DNA of 64,000 bases, from sequence record NC_042098.1; one strand, 5' to 3'. This document shows, one piece after another, positions 38,332-47,101 of this stretch (its first letter is position 1; each line of letters begins with the position of its first letter). A model generated the notes under the pieces. That model worked only from the letters and a program-made list of their open reading frames with translations. It was not told the DNA's origin and ran no database searches. Both the position numbers and the translations under genes were made by a program.

Positions 38332-38829
38332 ATGGACATTCAACAGTACCAGCCCTCTGCACAGATCCTGCATCTCGCTAATCTGTTCTGCGACTACTTC
38401 AACCAATCGCCGAATTATTATAACTTGGATTTGGGTAACCGGATCTTTGTCGAGACCAGCATCTATCCCATTACTGGGGTCGTTGATATAACACCACAGC
38501 GGATCGAACGTCTGCAAGCGTCACACATGACAGGTCAGCTGGTCACCGTGGTCGATGAGCTGTTAAAACTATTTCCTAACATGCGCTATGTATCAGATGA
38601 GTGTGATGGGTTGTTGTCTTTACTGTGTAACGGACGGGCAATTGAGATGACAACGACTAAGGGTCTCTGTCGGGGTATTGTCACCTTACGGGGCGTGGTC
38701 TGGTTAGATCGCTTTGATCACGACTACCTCAATCCTGATGCGGCACATTATGAAGAGATGGCCCGGCTGATCAATGTCCACCTGGCGCTGATTAAATTCC
38801 AAGGCACCATCCTAAAAAGATTTCTTTAA
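38332..38829 (+). CDS. Hypothetical protein
   Basis: 165 aa, AAGGTG RBS. Confidence 0.7.
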   Translation: MDIQQYQPSAQILHLANLFCDYFNQSPNYYNLDLGNRIFVETSIYPITGVVDITPQRIERLQASHMTGQLVTVVDELLKLFPNMRYVSDECDGLLSLLCNGRAIEMTTTKGLCRGIVTLRGVVWLDRFDHDYLNPDAAHYEEMARLINVHLALIKFQGTILKRFL

Positions 38830-38855
38830 CACAAGTATACGTAGCGAGGTCATGA

Positions 38856-39440
38856 ATGAACTACATCTACCGGGCAAACGGCCATTTATTTGTGTTGCTC
38901 TACCACATTCCAGTTCTTGATGTCGATCCAAATAAAATGACCCATTGGGAACGGGTATTGCATTACCGTCCCTTAACGATTGCCCTCGGGGCTGAAGAAA
39001 CAGCGGCGGTCGCATTCATGCCCGTTCATCTCGAACTGAGTGGCTGGTCAATGACAACCGATGAAGGTGAGTTCTACGACGGCATCTATGTGATCTGGGA
39101 GGGTAAACTCTATCTAACACAGAACGATGAAATGTGTTTGATAGAAGAAATCCCTACCCTGTTTCACAACCTGATGCCAAGTGCTTATCATCAGCAAATG
39201 GTGCGTTACACTCAACCGTTTGAGTTCATCAACGGGCTCGACCATCGTAAGTTACGCACGCTAAAGGCGACAGCCGAAACCGCCAACAGTTTCCTGCGTA
39301 TGATGGATCGGTTTGAACAAGCGGTTGAGTGCCATTACATCAATGAACGCACCAACCTCATGGCGTCCACCGAAATGCCCTTGAGCTTTATTCCGCGCCA
39401 ACGTGGTGCTGCTATTAACGAACCTATCGTCTTACATTAA
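38856..39440 (+). CDS. Hypothetical protein
   Basis: 194 aa, GAGG RBS. Confidence 0.7.
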   Translation: MNYIYRANGHLFVLLYHIPVLDVDPNKMTHWERVLHYRPLTIALGAEETAAVAFMPVHLELSGWSMTTDEGEFYDGIYVIWEGKLYLTQNDEMCLIEEIPTLFHNLMPSAYHQQMVRYTQPFEFINGLDHRKLRTLKATAETANSFLRMMDRFEQAVECHYINERTNLMASTEMPLSFIPRQRGAAINEPIVLH

Positions 39441-39451
39441 CGGAGCCAGTC

Positions 39452-39904
39452 ATGTCAGAACAAAAACCCCTTATCCCGTTTCTCCACTTCCAGATCGATG
39501 CATTCCGTAATTACCTGGTCGCTAATGATCTGACCCCGTACGCCGTCTTTACCTTACCTAAAGGTCTGGACCCGGTACTGGATCGCTACGCCGACCCTGC
39601 CAGTGGTCAGCTGATCCTTAACCTCAGCCCTAACTCCTGTGGTCACTACGAGATCACTGATGATGGTTATATGGTTCTGCATCAGCGTTTCTCGGGTAAA
39701 GCCCACGAAGCGTTCCTGCCGGTCCAACACCTGCTGGCCATGTATGCGCGTGAACGTCAAGACCAGGCCATGGTCTTTGCCGACATCGAGCACACCTGCG
39801 ATGATGATGTGAAATTTGTTGAAGATGAGACTGTACCGGAAGTGGATGACACTAACGTAACAGCCCTGCCCTTCAAGAAACCCACATTAACGGTAGTCAA
39901 GTAA
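39452..39904 (+). CDS. sspB: SspB-like ClpXP adaptor protein
   Basis: NDLTPY, LILNLSP, RFSGKAHEAFLPV..LLAMYARE core plus C-terminal KKPTLTVVK resembling the ClpX-binding LRVVK tail. Confidence 0.9.
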   Translation: MSEQKPLIPFLHFQIDAFRNYLVANDLTPYAVFTLPKGLDPVLDRYADPASGQLILNLSPNSCGHYEITDDGYMVLHQRFSGKAHEAFLPVQHLLAMYARERQDQAMVFADIEHTCDDDVKFVEDETVPEVDDTNVTALPFKKPTLTVVK

Positions 39905-39966
39905 ATTCTATGACTGCGGTTGCGTTCGGTGAGCTTGCCTTTGTACGGTATTGAAGTTCAGCAGTC

Positions 39967-39990
39967 GGGTGGCATTTGCCACCCTTCTAT
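39967..39990 (+). terminator. Hairpin after sspB
   Basis: GGGTGGC-ATTT-GCCACCC-TTCTAT. Confidence 0.6.
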
Positions 39991-40023
39991 ACACAGCTTC
40001 TTTATTTTTTGTCGAAAAATAAT

Positions 40024-40037
40024 CAGACCTACATTAC
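40024..40037 (+). promoter_or_regulatory. Putative early promoter core CAGACCTACATTAC
   Basis: TACATTAC preceded by T7 and A5 tracts; matches 58064 CAGACCTATATCAC. Confidence 0.55.
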
Positions 40038-40090
40038 GTATAGGCTACAGCTAGTCTGTTGTAATTCGCATCACTAAGGCTAGGTTTACT

Positions 40091-40387
40091 ATGTCACTCA
40101 TTTGCGTTGATCATCTTGTGGCGGCTTGCGCTACATTTGTTCTGCTGTTGGTGTTGGAGCGCATCATTCACAGAGACGAACCCGACCACACCCTGATTGA
40201 ACTGCTCCTTACGGCCTTCGGCATTTCAATCAGCATTCCCGTCACTGTCGGTATGATTATGCTGACTTACGTGATTCTATTGATCCGTAAGCAACCCAAC
40301 GCCTTAACCAGGGCGAGTTATTTCCCGGTGGAGATCCTGCGTCTTATTACCCGCAATCGCTTCAGGCGAAAACCCTCTATTCTCTAA
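40091..40387 (+). CDS. Small membrane protein (2 TM)
   Basis: Two hydrophobic segments and a basic tail. Confidence 0.65.
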   Translation: MSLICVDHLVAACATFVLLLVLERIIHRDEPDHTLIELLLTAFGISISIPVTVGMIMLTYVILLIRKQPNALTRASYFPVEILRLITRNRFRRKPSIL

Positions 40388-40397
40388 CTTACTTCTG

Positions 40398-40427
40398 GGG
40401 TGAGTGAAAACTCACCCTTTATGCCGG
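40398..40427 (+). terminator. Hairpin + TTTATGCCGG element
   Basis: GGGTGAGT-GAAA-ACTCACCC-TTTATGCCGG. Confidence 0.85.
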
Positions 40428-40488
40428 CGTGTTTAAAACAACTAAATTGCGCCATTATTTAGACACCGTTAATTAAAGGAATACTGTT

Positions 40489-41040
40489 ATGTCTGTTGTC
40501 GACAAATTCAAGAACTGGAAAGCGAACAAGCGCATCGCGTTGCTCGAAGAACTGCTGGAGGTTCACTACTCAATCGGAGATGTGGTGAGTTACCCAGATC
40601 CACCGGCGTTCGAAGTCTGCTGGCACGACACACCGGATTCGATCCACCGGGCACGCTGGACAGGTGTGGCTGAAGCCACCGACATGACGTATGACGATTT
40701 CTTCAAAGCCACTCGCGTAGGTCAACTGCACGATACCTCAAACGTTGAAATCACCGGTGAACAAGAAGTCGCGGATATGCAAACCCAGGGTTGCTATGCC
40801 TTCTGTAACTGGCTGACGAATGAGATCCACATCTGGCTGGGTGATCTGCCGTATGATGACCCACGCACGGAAGAGATCCTGCACACCATGATCGCCAGTG
40901 AGATCGCGCACCTCACCCCCAACCGTCATCGTAATGAACAGCTGGAAATGTACCGGGCGATGCAGTATGCCGTGGTAGCGCGTTCTGCCAAAGCGGTATT
41001 GGTTGATGCACTGGGTCTGCTGAAAGGAAAGCAGGTATGA
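40489..41040 (+). CDS. Hypothetical protein with SEIAH (HExxH-like) motif
   Basis: 183 aa, AAGGA RBS. Confidence 0.7.
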   Translation: MSVVDKFKNWKANKRIALLEELLEVHYSIGDVVSYPDPPAFEVCWHDTPDSIHRARWTGVAEATDMTYDDFFKATRVGQLHDTSNVEITGEQEVADMQTQGCYAFCNWLTNEIHIWLGDLPYDDPRTEEILHTMIASEIAHLTPNRHRNEQLEMYRAMQYAVVARSAKAVLVDALGLLKGKQV

Positions 41041-41354
41041 AGAAGGAACTCTTCACGGTCGTTACCATTGCAGGTGAAGTTAAAACCCCGATCACCGTGT
41101 TTGTTCCAGAGCATGACTACGACATCAATCAACGGGTAGATCTGGTGGCTGCGTGTTATGACCGTCGCCACAAACAAACACCCATCAGCAAAGAACACAA
41201 AGCATTGGTTACTGACTTACTGGCGCAGATGCGCGAGAAGCTTAACACCGCGATTACACTCGGGGAAGATGTTGTGCTGGTCTCAGGCGATGTCTCATTG
41301 AAGTACCGGGTTTACCTCAGTACTTTTAAAGGAACGACCTATGTTGAGACATGA
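41037..41354 (+). CDS. Hypothetical protein, paralog of 41341
   Basis: 105 aa; overlaps the upstream stop. Confidence 0.7.
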   Translation: MKKELFTVVTIAGEVKTPITVFVPEHDYDINQRVDLVAACYDRRHKQTPISKEHKALVTDLLAQMREKLNTAITLGEDVVLVSGDVSLKYRVYLSTFKGTTYVET

Positions 41355-41655
41355 GTTGATTACTTCAGTAGCAGTCAACGGCAAGGAGTATTCGCCGATT
41401 GTCTGCCCGCTGGCTAAAGGACCGGATTACAGCCGGGCTTTTGGTGCGTTGCATAAAGCGTATCGGGATGCTGCGACTTACGGCAGTCAGATCATCACGG
41501 AGCCGTATGTCAAAACCATTTGCGGGTTGATCGACCAAATCCAAACTGATCTGGCTGCAGGTGTCGATTTCACCGAGACCCGTAAAGTCAGCGACGGTGA
41601 TGTGGCAATCAGCTATCAGATCACTGTTCGTACGCTCCCGCGCCACGGCAGTTAA
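41341..41655 (+). CDS. Hypothetical protein, paralog of 41037
   Basis: 104 aa, AAGGA RBS. Confidence 0.7.
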   Translation: MLRHELITSVAVNGKEYSPIVCPLAKGPDYSRAFGALHKAYRDAATYGSQIITEPYVKTICGLIDQIQTDLAAGVDFTETRKVSDGDVAISYQITVRTLPRHGS

Positions 41656-41663
41656 TGACCTCA

Positions 41664-41694
41664 CCCAATCAGTGCAGCCGCTGGTTGGGTTTTC
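41664..41694 (+). terminator. Intrinsic terminator-like hairpin
   Basis: CCCAATCAGT-GCAGCC-GCTGGTTGGG-TTTTC. Confidence 0.6.
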
Positions 41695-41721
41695 TTACGC
41701 TTCATTATAAAGGAAGACATC

Positions 41722-42351
41722 ATGGGTTGGTTTAATAAACAGAAAGCTACACCGGTAGCTGAAGACACTCCCACGACAGACAAGCAAGACAGTGCCGACT
41801 ACCCATGGGGTGCAACGTATCGCCAACGGCTAATGACACATGCTCGTTCACTATTGACCGTTGATGAACAACAACCCCTGCGTTCTGGCGAAGCCGGTAA
41901 GTTGATCGTTTTTAACGGCGTGGGTTTCTTGATCCGGGGTGAATCGGCCAACATTCCTGATTTGGCTTACATGCACTATCTGGAAGAAATGTGGAACTGG
42001 TTGTTGCGCTGTAATGGAATCGAGCAAAAGCACGGGGGTGTCGTGCCTCGGGCTGAGGTGATTCGCCGTTACGATATCGGCGGGGTAGCTGAAGGCCTGG
42101 GTTACACCGTTGGGTCGCTAGAGCCAATCGTCCCGGCCTATACCGCCAGTAGCCTGCGTCACCGTAATGCTGCAGACGGTCTGCATTTGCTCAAAACCCT
42201 GCAGGACGTGATTCCGGTCACGGACATACTGATGATTAGTGAACATGAGAAAGAGCTGATCCGCAATATAGAGAACTTGGGGATGAAATTGGTTTCAACT
42301 CCACTCAGTCACGCCGGTCAGATATTTAGCCGAATCCGCTTTAAGGACTGA
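41722..42351 (+). CDS. Hypothetical protein
   Basis: 209 aa, AAGGAAG RBS. Confidence 0.75.
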   Translation: MGWFNKQKATPVAEDTPTTDKQDSADYPWGATYRQRLMTHARSLLTVDEQQPLRSGEAGKLIVFNGVGFLIRGESANIPDLAYMHYLEEMWNWLLRCNGIEQKHGGVVPRAEVIRRYDIGGVAEGLGYTVGSLEPIVPAYTASSLRHRNAADGLHLLKTLQDVIPVTDILMISEHEKELIRNIENLGMKLVSTPLSHAGQIFSRIRFKD

Positions 42352-42356
42352 CACCG

Positions 42357-43466
42357 ATGATCTATCTGGTCTGGATTCTGATTCCATCCTTGCTACTGGT
42401 GCTGTTGTCCAAAGCCGTGTTCCCGCATCACATCACCTTTAAAGAGTGGTCGCTGCAGGGCGTGGCAGTTGTAGTGGGGACGGCGTTGTCTGTCTTGATA
42501 CTCTATATCACTACAACGGGGATGAGTATCGATCATGAAGTCTGGAATGGCTCTGTGATCTCCAAAGCGCCGGTGCGGGTCTCCTGTACGCACGAACACC
42601 AATGTGGCGAGACGTGTTCTACCGACAGCAAGGGTAAGAAACACTGCACGCCGATCTATTGTCCGGATCATGCCTTTGATGTTGATTGGGATGTCAAGAC
42701 AACGGTCGGAACGTTTACCATTGATCGCGTGGCGTTTGACCGTCAGGGATTACGGGAACCTAAGCGCTTTACGGCGGTACAGATTGGTGAACCGGCAGCA
42801 GCGGAGAAGTACACCCGCAATTACCTGTTGTTGGACAGTGATCGCTTTAAAGCCTCAGAAGGGGTGATGGAGAAGTACAAAGGACGGATACCGGATTATC
42901 CCTCCACGTATGACTATTACCGTTTTAACCGGGTAGTCAATACCACCAAGGATGATTTCAATTACATCAATGATTACCTGAATAAGGAACTGATTACACT
43001 CGGCGCACAAAAACAACTCAACATTGTCGTGGTAATAACCGACAAGAGTAAAGACTTCTATGAAGCCCTCCGTGAATCCTGGGACGGTGCCCGTAAGAAC
43101 GATGTGATACTCGTCTACGGCATTGACAAGGAACATCATGTGAACTGGTTTAAAGCCGATGCGTTTGCAGACGGGCAGTCAAATATGTCGATGATCAAAA
43201 CACTGAACTCGACAGCCCTTGACCGCACCCTTGATGCTGACCTCGTGCATGAACAACTTCACGTGATCCAGGAGCGTTTTACTAGACTGCCTAATAAAAC
43301 CTTCGAATACCTCAATGAAGATTTCACCCCACCGATGTGGGCAATCATCATGACGGTGCTCATTAACCTGCTACTCAATATTGGCGTGACCTGGTTCATG
43401 GTAAAAAATGAAATGGGCGAATACGCATTCATGAATGATAAAGGAAGAAGAAATGCAAGATGGTAA
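42357..43466 (+). CDS. Membrane protein: two N-terminal TMs, Cys-rich segment, TPM-like domain, C-terminal TM
   Basis: CTHEHQCGETC...CTPIYC; QLNIVVVIT...SWDGARKNDVILVYGID resembles the TPM (DUF477) pattern. Confidence 0.6.
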   Translation: MIYLVWILIPSLLLVLLSKAVFPHHITFKEWSLQGVAVVVGTALSVLILYITTTGMSIDHEVWNGSVISKAPVRVSCTHEHQCGETCSTDSKGKKHCTPIYCPDHAFDVDWDVKTTVGTFTIDRVAFDRQGLREPKRFTAVQIGEPAAAEKYTRNYLLLDSDRFKASEGVMEKYKGRIPDYPSTYDYYRFNRVVNTTKDDFNYINDYLNKELITLGAQKQLNIVVVITDKSKDFYEALRESWDGARKNDVILVYGIDKEHHVNWFKADAFADGQSNMSMIKTLNSTALDRTLDADLVHEQLHVIQERFTRLPNKTFEYLNEDFTPPMWAIIMTVLINLLLNIGVTWFMVKNEMGEYAFMNDKGRRNARW

Positions 43467-44043
43467 GAAAGGCCTATCTACTGGTGCTCTTGTGGGCATC
43501 GTCGCTGTTGGTTTCCTGGTATTGGTCCTGGCCATAGCCGGTTCGATCTTTATGGGTTATGTCTCGGCATCGAATGAAGGGGTGCGATCTGAAAGCCGCA
43601 TTGAGCAGCTGAACAAAGACTCCGAGAACGTGCTGAGCACCTCAACGATCAAGATCAAGAACATGGCTCAGATTCCGGGCATGTATGTGAAAGATCTTAA
43701 AGAGGTGATCAGGGCGACCTTTGAAGGGCGTTATGGTAAAGACGGGTCGAAAGCCGTAGTGCAGTTTATTCAGGAACAAAACCAGCAGGTCGATGCCAAA
43801 CTGTACCTGAACATTCAAAATGAGATGGCGGCTGGTCAGGATGAGTTTCGTATTGCGCAGAGCAACAAGCTTGCAGCATGTCGTAATTATGAAAACAGCC
43901 TGGGTTATTTCTGGAAAGGCATGTTCTTGAAGTGGGCGGGTTATCCGAAGAAAGACCTGAGCAAACTCTGCCAGGTGGTGTCGGATGATCAAACGCAAGA
44001 AGCGTTTAAGACCGGCAAGCAAAAGACCATCGAGCTGAACTAA
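43453..44043 (+). CDS. LemA-like membrane-anchored protein (start revised to MQDG)
   Basis: N-terminal TM, helical body ending AQ.NKL..CRNYEN.LGYFWKGMF..WAGYP, like the LemA R..YN..v..YN..i..FP..l.A..gf motif. Confidence 0.65.
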   Translation: MQDGKKGLSTGALVGIVAVGFLVLVLAIAGSIFMGYVSASNEGVRSESRIEQLNKDSENVLSTSTIKIKNMAQIPGMYVKDLKEVIRATFEGRYGKDGSKAVVQFIQEQNQQVDAKLYLNIQNEMAAGQDEFRIAQSNKLAACRNYENSLGYFWKGMFLKWAGYPKKDLSKLCQVVSDDQTQEAFKTGKQKTIELN

Positions 44044-44083
44044 CTCACCATCGGACAGGGATGTCCTTTTAATGGAGGTCGTC

Positions 44084-44428
44084 ATGCCTTTTATTCGATT
44101 CAAAGCAAAAGAGATTAAACATACTGCGGACGCCGTAACAAGTCTGAAGCGGTTCTTTGGTCTGATTGATAAAAACATTGATGCCGTTAAGATTGTCCAG
44201 GCATTTCAAACGGTCGATACCCGCAACGAACCCCTGCTGGAAAACTCGTTGTTGATTATCACACGGATGCCAGACGGGACAAAACGTCACACTCATATCT
44301 GGAACTCGAAGTTCAAAGAAGAACTCGCTGCATTTAAACCTGAACTGGTTGGTGAAGTCCGATCGTTCAGACTCGATTATCAGTTGTATATGGACGGCGA
44401 CGAGGATAACCCCCTTAAAAGGTTTTAG
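44084..44428 (+). CDS. Hypothetical protein (start revised to MPFIRF)
   Basis: GGAGG RBS. Confidence 0.7.
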   Translation: MPFIRFKAKEIKHTADAVTSLKRFFGLIDKNIDAVKIVQAFQTVDTRNEPLLENSLLIITRMPDGTKRHTHIWNSKFKEELAAFKPELVGEVRSFRLDYQLYMDGDEDNPLKRF

Positions 44429-44470
44429 TTACCCCCAATTAACCGTACTGTCTTTATAAAGGTAGTTATC

Positions 44471-45709
44471 ATGTCAAACATTATTGAATTAGAAGGTAAG
44501 CAGGTTCCCATCAAGATGTGGACGAAGTTTGTTCCGGTAGAAGAACGTGCTCAACAACAATTACTAAACTTGAGTGAGTTACCTTTCATCTTCAAACACC
44601 TCGCCGTGATGCCTGATGTGCACTGGGGAATGGGCGCGACCATTGGTTCGGTTATCGCGACTAAAGGTGCGATTATTCCTGCCGCAGTGGGTGTTGATAT
44701 TGGTTGTGGAATGATTGCCCAACAAACCTCACTGGTTGCTGCTGACCTACCCGATAACCTCAGTGCTTTGCGCAGTCGTATTGAAGCAGGCATCCCGCAT
44801 GGACGTACCGATAACGGCGGTGCAAACGATCGCGGTGCTTGGGGTGATGAGTTCGCCATGGGCTTAGACGATGTACACCGTGAAGCATTGCTGGTTCTTC
44901 AGCAACGTTTAGTGGCTATTGTGGCTAAGCACCCGAAGCTCACCAAAGCAGCAGGTAAGTTCACCAAACATACTGGCACACTGGGTAGCGGTAACCACTT
45001 CGTTGAAATCTGTTTAGACGAAGAGCAACGCGTTTGGGTAATGCTTCATTCAGGTTCACGTGGTATCGGCAACACCATCGGTAAATACTTCATCGAGAAA
45101 GCCAAAGAAGAGATGAACCGTTTCTTCGTCCATTTAGTTGACCAAGATCTGGCGTATCTCCCAGAAGGCTCTCAGTATTACGATGACTACCTGCAAGCGG
45201 TGCAATGGGCACAAGACTTTGCAGCGCTCAATCGTGCGGTGATGCTGAGTGCGACACTGAAGGCATTGCACAGTGCCGTGGCTAAGCCATTCACTGAAAG
45301 CACCATTGCGGTTAACTGTCACCACAACTATGTCGCAATGGAAAACCATTTTGATACCAATGTCCTGGTCACCCGTAAAGGTGCAGTGCGGGCGCGTGTA
45401 GGTGATTTGGCGATTATCCCGGGTAGTATGGGTGCAAAGTCGTTTATTGTCGAAGGGCTGGGTAACCAGGAAAGCTTCTGTTCGTGCTCGCATGGTGCTG
45501 GTCGTTTACTGTCGCGCTCAGCAGCGGTGAAACAATTTAGTCTGGAAGACCATATCCGTGATACCGAGGGTGTGGAATGTCGTAAAGATAAAGACGTCCT
45601 TGATGAAACACCGAAGGCGTATAAGTCGATTGAAGACGTGATGCGTTCACAAGACGATTTGGTGAAAATCAAATATACCCTGAAACAGATCCTTTGTGTA
45701 AAAGGTTAA
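44471..45709 (+). CDS. rtcB: RtcB family RNA ligase
   Basis: MPDVH, VGVDIGCGM, GTLGSGNHFVE, HSGSRG, HNY, IPGSMG, SHGAGR and ETPKAYK motifs all present. Confidence 0.97.
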   Translation: MSNIIELEGKQVPIKMWTKFVPVEERAQQQLLNLSELPFIFKHLAVMPDVHWGMGATIGSVIATKGAIIPAAVGVDIGCGMIAQQTSLVAADLPDNLSALRSRIEAGIPHGRTDNGGANDRGAWGDEFAMGLDDVHREALLVLQQRLVAIVAKHPKLTKAAGKFTKHTGTLGSGNHFVEICLDEEQRVWVMLHSGSRGIGNTIGKYFIEKAKEEMNRFFVHLVDQDLAYLPEGSQYYDDYLQAVQWAQDFAALNRAVMLSATLKALHSAVAKPFTESTIAVNCHHNYVAMENHFDTNVLVTRKGAVRARVGDLAIIPGSMGAKSFIVEGLGNQESFCSCSHGAGRLLSRSAAVKQFSLEDHIRDTEGVECRKDKDVLDETPKAYKSIEDVMRSQDDLVKIKYTLKQILCVKG

Positions 45710-45711
45710 TT

Positions 45712-46032
45712 ATGAACAAGAAAAAGCAAGTTACGATCTTCGTGGCGGGTGATGTCAATTCAGCTAAGACCACGGTCATTGCCATTATTGAAAAGGCGCT
45801 GAAAGAAGCGGGTCTGGATGCCAAACTGCTTGCGCATGCAGCGGCGGATGCGGAATATTTCGTTGGCGTAAAAAGCGCGTTAGAATATATTCCAGAGATC
45901 AGCGATAAGGTCGAGGTCTCCATTGAAGAACTCACCCGCCCAGCACCGACCAACGATGATGGCTCGCGCCCTGAGAGTTATGTGGCGATCACACATAGCG
46001 CCGGCATCAAGATCCTTCCCCGTAACAGCTAG
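45712..46032 (+). CDS. Small protein with P-loop-like N-terminus, paralog of 36520
   Basis: VTIFVAGDVNSAKTTVIAIIEKAL. Confidence 0.65.
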   Translation: MNKKKQVTIFVAGDVNSAKTTVIAIIEKALKEAGLDAKLLAHAAADAEYFVGVKSALEYIPEISDKVEVSIEELTRPAPTNDDGSRPESYVAITHSAGIKILPRNS

Positions 46033-46037
46033 CTTCT

Positions 46038-46064
46038 AAGAGGACTTCGGTCCTCTTTTATGCC
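46038..46064 (+). terminator. Hairpin + TTATGCC element
   Basis: AAGAGGAC-TTCG-GTCCTCTT-TTATGCC. Confidence 0.85.
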
Positions 46065-46110
46065 CGGTTTAATTGTATATAGACACAGTACACATCAACC
46101 GAGGGCCATC

Positions 46111-47049
46111 ATGTTAGAGTTACTGATGTTAGGACACACCACCCAAAGCGCGGGGGGTAAGCAGGAAGACATCAAGACTGACGTCTCGGGACTCATTGCA
46201 AAATATAGCAATGCAGGATCTATCAGCGCCTTAAATATCACCGTTGGCGCCAGCGCCGGCCTTGCAGTATATGACAACCAATTAATCCTCATTAATCCGG
46301 GTTCGATGAGCTATTATGACATCAACACCTTTGCATTAAAGAAGAGCACAACCAACAACGTCAATATCAGCGTTAGTTTTAACAGTGTTGCGCATCAGTC
46401 AGGCAAACATTGGTGGTTTGGTCAGGATCGTACTACCGCAGTAATTTACCATGCGGATTTAGAAACTGGGGTCATTACCAAATACCCTACGCCACCGGTT
46501 AAGAAAGGTATGTTCTTTGCTTATAACGGCAGGCTCTGGTTAGTAGGTGGCTGGGTGGGTAGTGTTAGTAATACCACGACCATCTACAGCATCGACTACA
46601 GCAACCCCGTGAGTTGGAGTAGCCAGCCTTTAAACACTCCATTACCTCGTCAGTTAGCGGGTGCCTCAGCCTATTTCACTACAAATGGTTTAGTGGCGTT
46701 TGTCGGTGGCGGAGCGGTAGGTAGTTCCGGAGATACTGATGGTACAGGCTATACCAGTGTCATGCTCTTCAATCCCGATACGTTAACCTTCACAGGCAAG
46801 ACGATCTCCACACCAATGGGTGGCGGATACCACAACCCGAACTTTGTCTTCAATGATACCGCGTACCAATTTAAATACACCAACACCGGGCAGCGTTGGG
46901 CGTTAGGCGATGCCAGTCGGGAATCTAGCCTCAGTCCTGCGCCGATCATTGGCGGTTACCATAACGCATTCACCATTGCAGGTCGCGTTGCTTTCTACGG
47001 GAACAGTTACTCTACCAGTCCTGTTTATCTCTACGTTTTACCAGATTAA
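46111..47049 (+). CDS. Kelch-like beta-propeller protein with MLELLMLG leader
   Basis: RLWLVGGW and LVAFVGGG GG-repeats with Y/W spacing; GAGG RBS before ATG 46111. Confidence 0.7.
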   Translation: MLELLMLGHTTQSAGGKQEDIKTDVSGLIAKYSNAGSISALNITVGASAGLAVYDNQLILINPGSMSYYDINTFALKKSTTNNVNISVSFNSVAHQSGKHWWFGQDRTTAVIYHADLETGVITKYPTPPVKKGMFFAYNGRLWLVGGWVGSVSNTTTIYSIDYSNPVSWSSQPLNTPLPRQLAGASAYFTTNGLVAFVGGGAVGSSGDTDGTGYTSVMLFNPDTLTFTGKTISTPMGGGYHNPNFVFNDTAYQFKYTNTGQRWALGDASRESSLSPAPIIGGYHNAFTIAGRVAFYGNSYSTSPVYLYVLPD

Positions 47050-47055
47050 GAACCG

Positions 47056-47084
47056 GAGAGGCGCATAGCCTCTCTCTTATGCCG
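47056..47084 (+). terminator. Hairpin + TTATGCCG element
   Basis: GAGAGGC-GCATA-GCCTCTC-TCTTATGCCG. Confidence 0.8.
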
Positions 47085-47101
47085 TCAAAAGGAAATTAAC
47101 C

